From: a virus
Lineage: Duplodnaviria > Caudoviricetes
IMG/VR virus record: IMGVR_UViG_3300020047_016550
Coordinates: 1 to 64,000 of that record
Direction: 5' to 3' (one strand)
Length of the DNA stretch: 64,000 nt
Below the pieces are notes generated by a model. That model was given only the letters and a program-made list of their open reading frames with translations, was not told the DNA's origin and ran no database searches. Within the stretch, counting starts at the first letter, position 1. Each line of letters begins with the position of its first letter. This document shows, piece by piece, positions 56,201 through 64,000 of this stretch. The translations under genes and the position numbers were made by a program.

Positions 56201-58274
56201 TAAATTCTTTACCGTTATCCGTTTCGGAATACATCTGGTAAAGAGTCTGCATTGTTTCTTCCGCTGTTTCACCGGTGCCCTGTCCAATTTTTCGGCCTAC
56301 ATAATCATTGACTATTTTCAATGTCGCATTTTCGGAATTTCCTCCAAAAAACTTTACTATTCCGGGAACAAATTTTCCAAGTTTTGTTCTCTTTGAAAGT
56401 GAATCAATAAACTGGGAACCCATTTCACCTGCAACACCGGAACCAAAATTAAGTTCTCCCGCCTGGCGCTCAAAAATTAATCCACCGGTCTGGTATTCAA
56501 TTCCCGCTTTTAATATTTTGGCCATTCTTGTATCACTTTCCAATACCCATTTTGCCGCAGTTCCCAATTTCGGAGTTTTGGAAGCAATTGTTAATCCGGT
56601 TTTTGTCAATCCGGCTCCGGTAACCGCCGGCCCGATTATTCCCGTTGTCACGCCTATCATTTCGGCAACGGATTCCGGAGTCCATGATTCATAAGGTTTC
56701 GAACGTTCGTCAAGCATTTCTTTTACATCCGGGCTGGCAGATGAATAATCGGCTCCGGTAAAAATAAAAGCATCCTGTAAACGGCGCGCGCGTTCCTGAT
56801 CCGTTGCTGTTACAATTTTAGAACGGGAACCGACTGATAATTGTAAAGGATCTCCTCCTACGGCAGTATTCCATGCTGCTTTTAAAAATATTGCTTCGGG
56901 TGATTCAGTTTTCCCGATAATCGGATTTCTGTTGGCCAAAGCCACTGGTGCAAGGTCTTGGATTATTTCAATGTTTTCCTGAAGCTTCATCCATTTTTCG
57001 GTTCCTACCAATTGCCTTAACTGATTTCGGCCATGAAGATATAATTCCGTTAACGGATTTATATCTGAATCTTTTTCATATCCGTTCCAGGAATTAACCC
57101 TGGGATCAATTAATTTTTGAATGTCGGCTTCCGGATATCCAAATTCCTGAAGTATGTCTTTTGACTCCTGATATTTTGACAACATGTATCCGGTTAACTT
57201 TTGACGGTCTGAAAGATTTTCAAAAGGACTGGCCGATAATTTGTATTCTTTTACTTTGTCAGAAGCATATTTTTCGGGATTTAAGAAAAACTCTTTCCGG
57301 CCTTTAAATTCACTTATTTTTTTATCAATTTCTTTCAGTTTTAATTCTTTTTCTGTTTCGCTGTAATAAGGATGATTAAAGACTTTATCTCTTTCTGAAG
57401 TAAGACTTTGAATTTTTAAATCAATTTCGGAATTGCTTTTTTCAGAAAGGTCTTTGTAATTTTTAAGCTGCGTCGACATTATTTTTTTTGCCGATTCTAT
57501 TTTAAGTTTTTCTTCAGAAGTAAGTGAACGTTGTTCTTTTTTTGCTTTTTCTTCTAAAGACAAAGCTTCCCGATAAAAAGGCATGGCCGCTTCTACTTTT
57601 TTAATCGCGCCGAATTCTATTTTTTCGGTTGGGGAAAGAGCATATTCGGCAATATTGTTTACTGTTGTTATTGCATGATCTTTTAATGATGTTTTTTTGT
57701 AAAAAGCATCTTTGGCAAAACCGACGATTCCCATTTTGTAATCATCCATTTCTTCCGGCAACTTAGCTTTTAATGGAGTAACCGTTGGCTTGTATTCTTG
57801 GTAATACGGTTTATTTTTTAAAACTTCTTCTTCTTTTTCTTGTGATTCACGTCTTTCTTTCGCCTGGGCCAATGCCTGTTTGTACATGTCGTCACGCCAT
57901 TTAATCATTTCTTCTTCACTGGGTAAGTCAAGAAGGCTTTGATTATTTTTTACGGCAAATTCTATGGCATTTTTTGGATTATCAATTTTGGCCGTAGTAA
58001 CGGTTTTTGGCATTACTTTTTTAGAAAACGTTTCAAAGTCCGGAACTTTTGCTTTTCCCGTTTTTGAAATTTCATCATAAAGACCTTTTACGAATTCCGG
58101 ATTTGACAAGTTTTCCTTAAACAGTTTTTCATCAACCTGGGGAAATTTTGACGAAAGATTACGCTTTGAAAAATCAAGTATTTTACCTACATAATCTTCA
58201 TCGTAATCTGACTTATAAGGACCGGGAAACGCCGGCTTATTTACCGGCGGATCTGTTACGTTTTGATTTTCCAT
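53229..58274 (-). CDS. Giant ejection/cargo protein (1681 aa)
   Basis: Upstream of vRNAP, with a central Gly/Ala-rich hydrophobic region (GxxxG, EETMQ). Confidence 0.7.
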   Translation of the reverse strand: MENQNVTDPPVNKPAFPGPYKSDYDEDYVGKILDFSKRNLSSKFPQVDEKLFKENLSNPEFVKGLYDEISKTGKAKVPDFETFSKKVMPKTVTTAKIDNPKNAIEFAVKNNQSLLDLPSEEEMIKWRDDMYKQALAQAKERRESQEKEEEVLKNKPYYQEYKPTVTPLKAKLPEEMDDYKMGIVGFAKDAFYKKTSLKDHAITTVNNIAEYALSPTEKIEFGAIKKVEAAMPFYREALSLEEKAKKEQRSLTSEEKLKIESAKKIMSTQLKNYKDLSEKSNSEIDLKIQSLTSERDKVFNHPYYSETEKELKLKEIDKKISEFKGRKEFFLNPEKYASDKVKEYKLSASPFENLSDRQKLTGYMLSKYQESKDILQEFGYPEADIQKLIDPRVNSWNGYEKDSDINPLTELYLHGRNQLRQLVGTEKWMKLQENIEIIQDLAPVALANRNPIIGKTESPEAIFLKAAWNTAVGGDPLQLSVGSRSKIVTATDQERARRLQDAFIFTGADYSSASPDVKEMLDERSKPYESWTPESVAEMIGVTTGIIGPAVTGAGLTKTGLTIASKTPKLGTAAKWVLESDTRMAKILKAGIEYQTGGLIFERQAGELNFGSGVAGEMGSQFIDSLSKRTKLGKFVPGIVKFFGGNSENATLKIVNDYVGRKIGQGTGETAEETMQTLYQMYSETDNGKEFMGQIKQQFGNVSDATFFLAGTFLMGMAMGSSDPDGKKTGTQQAVEETREKRMAMNQEERDKLMEIESVAISGHLQKERAMVKKTMPEVTIDKVENLIETTKKNIADLELLIKTESEKNLPDYDMFKWDIVNGEETISGNGLHGAQEHLKHQKELLAIAGNEIANRDKNANKKPSLKVTAKKAEPETEKTEAEIPETDPFVLADKEKETVKNSQDALAMAINEKVNMESKVKWLANVNPSELEGAEKEIYEAEIEDLAGTEYEIPAYKSSNEISKESKIIPDATSDLPEGSVTRVIKNEVWSNGTLISPGEYMVVPVSKKQKKESSAETVSPEVVPPVVEQTTVDNGGEISPVVSPAETVVGEATVEKQNQGSIINENAVISNSTLSGLTQIENTIGGENEMRTFDTDPRTSADFTYVNFEGEKTTDKKHYRTTGAKYRVFESKNKKQYIQVAMSGSDVFGREGGASVIFELTDNITPEMEQAIFELKSADYKQTDSNVINRDGLSKFKNDVVEILSGKKEIGTKLPAAEAVSTPSTKTSTPAQKTNTETVNTKSSKSKQNQGYKLTSSTKAQIDFENEKIIFTDNQGTEKKSSKHTISHSKKASKIPNMINVWWNNVLTPKTKKQVIEFIEDYNYEISKNAQKNGSRSLKSIIMSNILKTKFKPLKEIKENVTDVSEKKWFSEKGVKIDTFVSDYLLEELRSEGHSGYDEQDVIDLIIETVNEFPSGITKKNIEEENNRTDLTKEIEDLRINFSEKFGLDIDAVNDYYQNLGKKESLPESKQKIKGKTDIEKHNALSHANRFKTTVKKLADVFQKTGKRQYKMEVKALAQKNGETRIAVVDNSGRELQMVSYKLPKKYKDLKPGESLPVTLNYVPKNEWNRFDEAKRKDGTPYGDKIEVRDPAGKLVSNISEGLGSRKITENGRLQTKTKNPQTGSVIETETDPTLTKEEKIDIRFERMIEQAKTEKKEIARKKQEIIANIDNKRNPCSL

Positions 58275-58276
58275 GT

Positions 58277-59875
58277 TTATTGAGTTAAATCTTCTTGATT
58301 TCCTTGATTGTTTATGTAATTGGGAGTATAAATACTTGGAGAGTTTTGTTTATTTTTTTCAGAAGATTGTTTTCCGTTATTTTGATTTCCGGCATTACTT
58401 TCAATAATTATCTCCGTATCCGGTAATCCGTATTGGGGAGTTGTTATTGCTGCTTTTTGTCCGATAAATTGTTTTTCATAACTCATTACCGAATTATTGG
58501 TTTCATTCCCCTGAAAATAAACAACCGCATTACCCGATAAAAATTGTTGTTTCATTAATTCTTCTGCTTCTACAATACTTTTTACTCCGAAAGCCTGTTG
58601 ATATTGCTGCATATTTTGAAAGCCTAATGCGTCAAGAAATGACTTTCTGATTGAAGGCTCAATTTCTGCCGTGGCTGAATAACCTAAATATAATTTTCCG
58701 TCCGGCCCTTTAAATCCTTGGTCATTAAAACGCAAAATCGGAATTGATTTTGTAGTAGCCGGAGTAGTTATCGGATATAATTTTTTTTGTCCGTCAGGCA
58801 TTGTAACCTGAATAAATCCTTTCTGGTTTGGCATTACGGTATATTGTCCGTTTTGGCCTTTTGGTAAATTATTAAATACGCTTAATTCTTTTCCATTTAT
58901 CGTTGATAAAGGTTGTTTACTTAAAATGTTTGTAAAATATGGATAAACACCTCCTTCGTTTTCTCCTTTTTTTGCCTGCATTGCAAGCTGGGCTTTCAAC
59001 CCCCAGTTATCGTCTTTTGAATATTTATAATCGGTAAACGGCAATAATTTATCAGTAAGATAATTCATTTTTGCCATTTCTTCATTACCGTATTGATTTA
59101 TTAAAAGTTCTTTTAATTCAGGATTTTCATCTTTCCACAATTTTTCCCATTTAAAACGGTTATTGCTTTTTAAAGCCGTTGACATGGCTTCCATTGCGTC
59201 TTCCCTTGTTACTTGTACTTCTTGGATTTTAGTTCCTTTGATATCTTTTGTTATATCATTTGAACCTACTGTTCCCGCAATTTTAGCCAATTCTCCTTCG
59301 TAATTGAAATTATCTATACCCATAAAAGTAAATTCTTTTATAAGTTTTTCAGGGCCTTTTACCATATTGCCGGCTTCATCATAAACAGGTTGGGTATATT
59401 GTTCCCCGTCAGTGTTTCCGTATTTACGGTAATTTTCAACCTGCGTAAAGTAAGACTGGATATCCGGATCGTCTTTCATTTCGGGATTTTTGGCAATAAA
59501 ATCCTGTAATGCTTTCGCTTCGGCATCAAATCTTGTGGCCCTCCGGATTATGTCGTTGTTCTGAAGCTCATTTGTCATCTGTTTATATTGCATGTAAGCC
59601 ATCGGGTCTGTTTGCCAGTTGGGATTGGAAAGAATATGTTCACCGATTTTTTTTACCGTTTCGATTGAATAGTTTTTCAGTTCTCCCGCATCGTATTCAT
59701 TGTTGACGTTGGCAAATTTTAAATCATCTGCCATCATTTTAACTTTTGCCGCGGCATCTGCCTGTTGGCGCCTTTGTGATTCAGCCTGCTGCTGGCGCAT
59801 ACCGAATGCGGCATTCCAGTCATGTTTATATGCCAGTCCGACTTTACCGCCGAATTCTAAAATTGGTTCTGCCAT
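58277..59875 (-). CDS. Putative virion/ejection protein
   Basis: 532 aa in the late operon. Confidence 0.55.
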   Translation of the reverse strand: MAEPILEFGGKVGLAYKHDWNAAFGMRQQQAESQRRQQADAAAKVKMMADDLKFANVNNEYDAGELKNYSIETVKKIGEHILSNPNWQTDPMAYMQYKQMTNELQNNDIIRRATRFDAEAKALQDFIAKNPEMKDDPDIQSYFTQVENYRKYGNTDGEQYTQPVYDEAGNMVKGPEKLIKEFTFMGIDNFNYEGELAKIAGTVGSNDITKDIKGTKIQEVQVTREDAMEAMSTALKSNNRFKWEKLWKDENPELKELLINQYGNEEMAKMNYLTDKLLPFTDYKYSKDDNWGLKAQLAMQAKKGENEGGVYPYFTNILSKQPLSTINGKELSVFNNLPKGQNGQYTVMPNQKGFIQVTMPDGQKKLYPITTPATTKSIPILRFNDQGFKGPDGKLYLGYSATAEIEPSIRKSFLDALGFQNMQQYQQAFGVKSIVEAEELMKQQFLSGNAVVYFQGNETNNSVMSYEKQFIGQKAAITTPQYGLPDTEIIIESNAGNQNNGKQSSEKNKQNSPSIYTPNYINNQGNQEDLTQ

Positions 59876-59881
59876 GGATTA

Positions 59882-61810
59882 TTATTTTGTCAAAGATTCT
59901 AAATATTTTTTCATTTGAAGATCAAATGCTTCTTTGTCTTTTTCTTCGGTTCCCATAATGTCACGCATCTGTTTGTTTCCGACAAAATTGTGAATTCCGG
60001 CCCCAATCAGCTCCGCATTTGCTCCCTGGTTTTGTTGGAAAGCCTGTAATTTTTCCTGTTGTATTTGCTGGAATACCGAAGCTTTAGCTTGTGCAAGACT
60101 GTCAGTTCTTGATTTGTTTCCCATCATTATCTGGTTGTCTTTTGCTTCAGCTTCCAAAACTGCCCTTACCGCATCGGAATTGGCAGCTCTCTGTCCAGAT
60201 ATCGCAAGGGCCGCGTTTCCCCCTGAAAGATTTCTTGCTGTTTCATTTCCTGCAATACGGTTTGCTTCAATGGCATTTAAAACGACATCTTTTTGCTCGG
60301 GAGTAAATCCCCGGTTGTCAAACCTTTTGGCATCTTCAAGCCTGGCAGTTAAATCAGGATCAACTTTAGATTCCGGTCTTTTCCCTTCCAATATCTGATT
60401 GGCCAGTCCAAATCCCAGCTGGGCCAAACTTAATGCTCCCGTAGTTCCTCCGAATGCATCAATTATTTTTTGGCCCGTAGTGTTTTGTTCCGGTGGTTTT
60501 ACTTCTGAAGTTCCGGGAACATTTGTGGCTTCAACTATGCTTTTGTTGTTTTCGTTCCGCGAAGGATCATTCGCTTTTTTTTCATAGACACTTGATTTTT
60601 CGTAATCCGCGTTTTCGGAAAAACCGAAAAATTCTTTTGAATTGGAAAGTTTCATGATAATGTTGGGGTCAACATTTTTGTACCATTCTTTTCCGTATCC
60701 TTCAACTTCACTCATGTATTTGTCAAATGCTTCCGCATCCCCAACACCAATTTCTTTAGCTTTTTTAACCCCGCCTCCGTCACTTAATCTGTTTGTTGAG
60801 TAGTTGGAGTATTCTTCGGAAGTAAGAAGCGCATTGAGCTCATTTTCGGTTATGTCATCAGCCCAGTCTTCTCCTATCACCGTTGAAAGGTAATTGTCTG
60901 AATCCGCATTGACAAGAGCTGAAATTTCAGGAGATTTTATCCCCGCTAAAAACTTCTCGGTTGAAGGTCGTAGTTTTTGTTTTGAATCAGGGGCAAGATT
61001 ATCAAGGTTTATTCCTTTCTGTTCAATTTTTCTTACTTCGTCCGGAACAAAAACATGCTCGTTTTTTGATACGGCAACCGGTTCTCCTTTTGATAACTCA
61101 GCTTCTTTTTTTGGATTTTCACCTAAAACGGCTTTTCTTATTTTTTCCGCTTTTTCAGCGTTTTCTGCCGGAACCACAAATGAACCTTCGGGAAGCGCAC
61201 CTTTTACGCTGTCACTTTTTTCGGTTCCCGGACCTTTGACTTTTCCCCCTTCGGCCAAATCATTCCAGTTAAATGTTTTATTCGGCCCGGCTCCGCTTTC
61301 CTGAAGTGCGGCAGCATCGGCCGTGTCTTCTTTAAAATACTCTTCTTTTAATTTTTTGTTCGTGGACGCTGATTTTATTCCTCCCACGCCGGCTCCCACC
61401 GCCATACCGATTATTGTACCGATAGGGCCGAATGCTCCGCCGATCTGACTTCCGATACCGGCACCTTTACCTACCGAAGCCATTGAATTAGCCCCGGTGG
61501 TAGTTCGGCCACGTTCATCTTTTTTCATGTCGTTTTTTGCAATATCCTGAAACATGGGCCCGATTCCGGAAACCGCATTTCCGGCTCCCGTTAAAAATTC
61601 ACCGGTTTTGTTTTGGTTTTCAGTTTCAGGCTGTGCCGCGGCCGCAATGTTTAAATTGTCATTATCCGTTTGGGCATCATAACCTAAACCCGTCAAGTAG
61701 TTTTGCTTGCCGGTGTCGTCAAGGTTATTCAAAGTTTCAACTTGTTCCGGAGTAAGTCCTTCAGGATAATTCCATCCCCCGTTTGCTAATTTTTTATACT
61801 TTTTTATCAT
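59882..61810 (-). CDS. Putative ejection (membrane-channel) protein
   Basis: GxxxG helices (GAGIGSQIGGAFGPIGTIIGMAVGAGVGG) and GGKVKGPGTEKSDSV...VSKNEHV motif. Confidence 0.6.
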   Translation of the reverse strand: MIKKYKKLANGGWNYPEGLTPEQVETLNNLDDTGKQNYLTGLGYDAQTDNDNLNIAAAAQPETENQNKTGEFLTGAGNAVSGIGPMFQDIAKNDMKKDERGRTTTGANSMASVGKGAGIGSQIGGAFGPIGTIIGMAVGAGVGGIKSASTNKKLKEEYFKEDTADAAALQESGAGPNKTFNWNDLAEGGKVKGPGTEKSDSVKGALPEGSFVVPAENAEKAEKIRKAVLGENPKKEAELSKGEPVAVSKNEHVFVPDEVRKIEQKGINLDNLAPDSKQKLRPSTEKFLAGIKSPEISALVNADSDNYLSTVIGEDWADDITENELNALLTSEEYSNYSTNRLSDGGGVKKAKEIGVGDAEAFDKYMSEVEGYGKEWYKNVDPNIIMKLSNSKEFFGFSENADYEKSSVYEKKANDPSRNENNKSIVEATNVPGTSEVKPPEQNTTGQKIIDAFGGTTGALSLAQLGFGLANQILEGKRPESKVDPDLTARLEDAKRFDNRGFTPEQKDVVLNAIEANRIAGNETARNLSGGNAALAISGQRAANSDAVRAVLEAEAKDNQIMMGNKSRTDSLAQAKASVFQQIQQEKLQAFQQNQGANAELIGAGIHNFVGNKQMRDIMGTEEKDKEAFDLQMKKYLESLTK

Positions 61811-64000
61811 TGGGCGTCACGTATTTCTGAAATCAAAGATACAATTTTAACCGGGCTGTTGTCAGATACCGTAGGATCGGTCACATAGTTTTTTCTTCGA
61901 AATAAAAACCTGAACCATGTGCCTATCAAATATGCTTTTGTCGTATTGTTTAACGGAATATTAAAATACCATTTTGTATCACGGTATTCATATTCTTTGT
62001 TTATAAGTGAATTAATGTCAGCATCCAATCCAAATTCTGTATTAGGATCTTCAACCCTTAACGACGTAAAAAAGAATCTGTTTCCGACGATTTCACAATG
62101 ATCCAAGAATTTATCGGTTTCATTTTGGTCATTAAGAATAAACTGGATATTGTTTTCATAAACAACACCGTGAAATTTACATATCGGTCCCCGGAACATC
62201 AATTCAATATCATTTGAACTCTGGACTTTTTTCCAGTGCACGGGATCTAATTCAGGGGATACCGGAATTCCTAATGTAGAAAATGATTCTATACACACGT
62301 AAATATCGTAGACGGATGTTTCCGGATAAGTTACGTTGTCAATTACGGCAACAAGTGATTCTCCGATAAAATAAGAAGTGTTCGGCTGTATCGTGTTTTC
62401 TATTCCCGAATAAGAACAATAACCGTGTATTCCGTTATCTCCGTACAAAGGAGCCAAAAATGAATACCTGGTTGAGATATTCTTATTAAGCCAGTCAAAA
62501 GATATTGCCCTGTATGAAGACTGCTGTGAAGATTTTAACACAAAAATGCTTTCTCTTCTTCTTCTGTCAAAATAAGCATAAATACCTTTTTTAAATGAAG
62601 TGCTGTCGCCTTTATTCAGTTCTCCGGAAATGGCATTAAAGAAATTATTAATGTATGCTTTTCCTGAACTTATTTCCTGTGGCTTTCCGTTTATCGGCAT
62701 AAAAAGCATAGTTCGGTGTCTTGCATCAATCCAGGCCCATCCGTCCGGCGTATCCGATATGCCGAATGTATGTTGGGAACCGAACATTTTTTCTATTTCT
62801 TCATAAAAACTCATTACGCCGGTAGTTCCCAATATCGTAGGCGTTCCGCTTTGGCCGGTTATGGTTTGTCTTTCGGTAATGGTAATGTAACCCACACATC
62901 CGTCTTCCTGCCAATAATAAAGCCTTCCCGCTGCCGTACGTACATTTGCTATCGGCCCGAATGAACCTGTTACGTCAAGATACTGGCCTACTGGAAATTT
63001 TCTGAAATTATCAATCCTTTCTCCGGATATTTTAATTTTTGAATAAAGCGCCCTGTAACGGAACTCATTAATGTTTTGGTAATTTACGGGAAGGGCCGGA
63101 AAAGTTTGTTCAATATCTTCACCCGAATATCCGTAATTGTAAAGAAAGTCTTCCGGTTGCTGCGGATTTAAAAATGATACACCGTTATCATTTACTCCGG
63201 GCAAATAACTCCAGTCTTTGGTAAATGTACGGCCGCGTCTTAAATTAGTGTTTATGGTAGACTGACAGGGAAATATTACTCCTGAAGCTATTGATTGTTC
63301 CTGGTAATGTTTTGACTGCGTAAAATCAAAAAAGTTTACAAAAGTATCTCCGCCAAAAACCTGGATGCCGTCTGCTATTCCGGAATTGCCGTTAAGGTAA
63401 GTCAAAAATGCGCTATCAAAAGCCTGAAAATGTCCGGTAAAAATATATGGAGTATTGGCCTTTGCCTGTTCAGTATTGCCGCCATATAAATTTCCTTTTC
63501 TTCTTACCCATGAAACAAGAGGTCTCATGGGTCTTCTTCCGGGTAAAGTACCATCACTGTACTGTGACTCTATTTCTCCAAGCTGCATAGTGAAATATCC
63601 AAATCCTAAACGATAGTCAGACGGTGATGAAAGTTGTCCTTCGCTGTTTCCGGTTAAAACGATCATTCCTTTATTGGCAACACCTTTGTTGGCCGGCGCT
63701 GCACGGTAAAGACTAAATGAATAAACTTCACTCGGAGCCGGAAAGCTTTCAAATGTATTAGGATCGGCATTGAAAGGTCTTGCATACTGAATGTCCGGTA
63801 TCAACTGGGAAGTTCCTTTAGGAGTAGGAACGCACGGATAATTTATGCCTCCTATTACAAAATTGTTTGATACTGCCGATTCATCATTTGACTGGTACAT
63901 TTTACTGTATGCCGCAAAATGGGATGTTGAAGGCGCAATATCAGTCAGATAAAAATGATCCCGGCCGGGAACACCGGAATCATAAGGCCCGAATTCCGAT
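61807..64000 (-). CDS. Tail stabilisation/nozzle-like protein, 5' end beyond the window
   Basis: Frame stays open upstream of the ATG at 63900 to the edge (SEFGPYDSG...). FGGDTFV, YSKIKISGE..DNFRKF, GSQH motifs as in crAss tail proteins. Confidence 0.7.
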   Translation of the reverse strand, partial: SEFGPYDSGVPGRDHFYLTDIAPSTSHFAAYSKMYQSNDESAVSNNFVIGGINYPCVPTPKGTSQLIPDIQYARPFNADPNTFESFPAPSEVYSFSLYRAAPANKGVANKGMIVLTGNSEGQLSSPSDYRLGFGYFTMQLGEIESQYSDGTLPGRRPMRPLVSWVRRKGNLYGGNTEQAKANTPYIFTGHFQAFDSAFLTYLNGNSGIADGIQVFGGDTFVNFFDFTQSKHYQEQSIASGVIFPCQSTINTNLRRGRTFTKDWSYLPGVNDNGVSFLNPQQPEDFLYNYGYSGEDIEQTFPALPVNYQNINEFRYRALYSKIKISGERIDNFRKFPVGQYLDVTGSFGPIANVRTAAGRLYYWQEDGCVGYITITERQTITGQSGTPTILGTTGVMSFYEEIEKMFGSQHTFGISDTPDGWAWIDARHRTMLFMPINGKPQEISSGKAYINNFFNAISGELNKGDSTSFKKGIYAYFDRRRRESIFVLKSSQQSSYRAISFDWLNKNISTRYSFLAPLYGDNGIHGYCSYSGIENTIQPNTSYFIGESLVAVIDNVTYPETSVYDIYVCIESFSTLGIPVSPELDPVHWKKVQSSNDIELMFRGPICKFHGVVYENNIQFILNDQNETDKFLDHCEIVGNRFFFTSLRVEDPNTEFGLDADINSLINKEYEYRDTKWYFNIPLNNTTKAYLIGTWFRFLFRRKNYVTDPTVSDNSPVKIVSLISEIRDAQ

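Noticed and set aside
1-64000. Stop-codon reassignment as in some Crassvirales
   Set aside because: Giant genes are intact in code 11, and TAG ends genes (18655, 20463, 31516), in two cases directly before a terminator.

Overview
One contiguous 64-kb piece of a crAss-like (Crassvirales-related) Bacteroidota phage, read in the standard genetic code. No host genes, rRNA, complete tRNA or CRISPR array are recognisable. A leftward unit (about 9.9 kb down to 1) carries accessory genes, including a coupled Acb2/Tad1-like and Tad2-like anti-defence pair, then terminase, portal and a scaffold-like gene that runs off the edge. A divergent control region (9.8-13.7 kb) holds Bacteroidota-type promoters, a hairpin-rich non-coding stretch, micro-ORFs, and two convergent paralogous SSB-like genes around a 3x23-bp repeat. 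The rightward early/middle unit (13.7-36.6 kb) has many small accessory genes, an E-C-(F)-B-ThiF PRTRC ubiquitin-like cassette, and a replication/recombination block (SF2 helicase, initiator-like gene, DnaB, SSB-like genes, NinB, RusA, Ung) with no recognisable polymerase or primase. The leftward late unit (64 kb down to 36.7 kb) encodes tail proteins, three giant ejection proteins (the middle one a virion RNA polymerase with a DNDGD motif) and lysis genes. The most unusual signals are: (1) about 25 terminator-like hairpin + U-tract + AAACAT-ATG cassettes directly before accessory genes with no room for a promoter; (2) the phage-borne PRTRC cassette; (3) one 18-bp palindrome overlapping four promoters; (4) nested foreign domains in the RNAP tail; (5) an attC-like site. 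All family assignments come from remembered motifs, not database searches.
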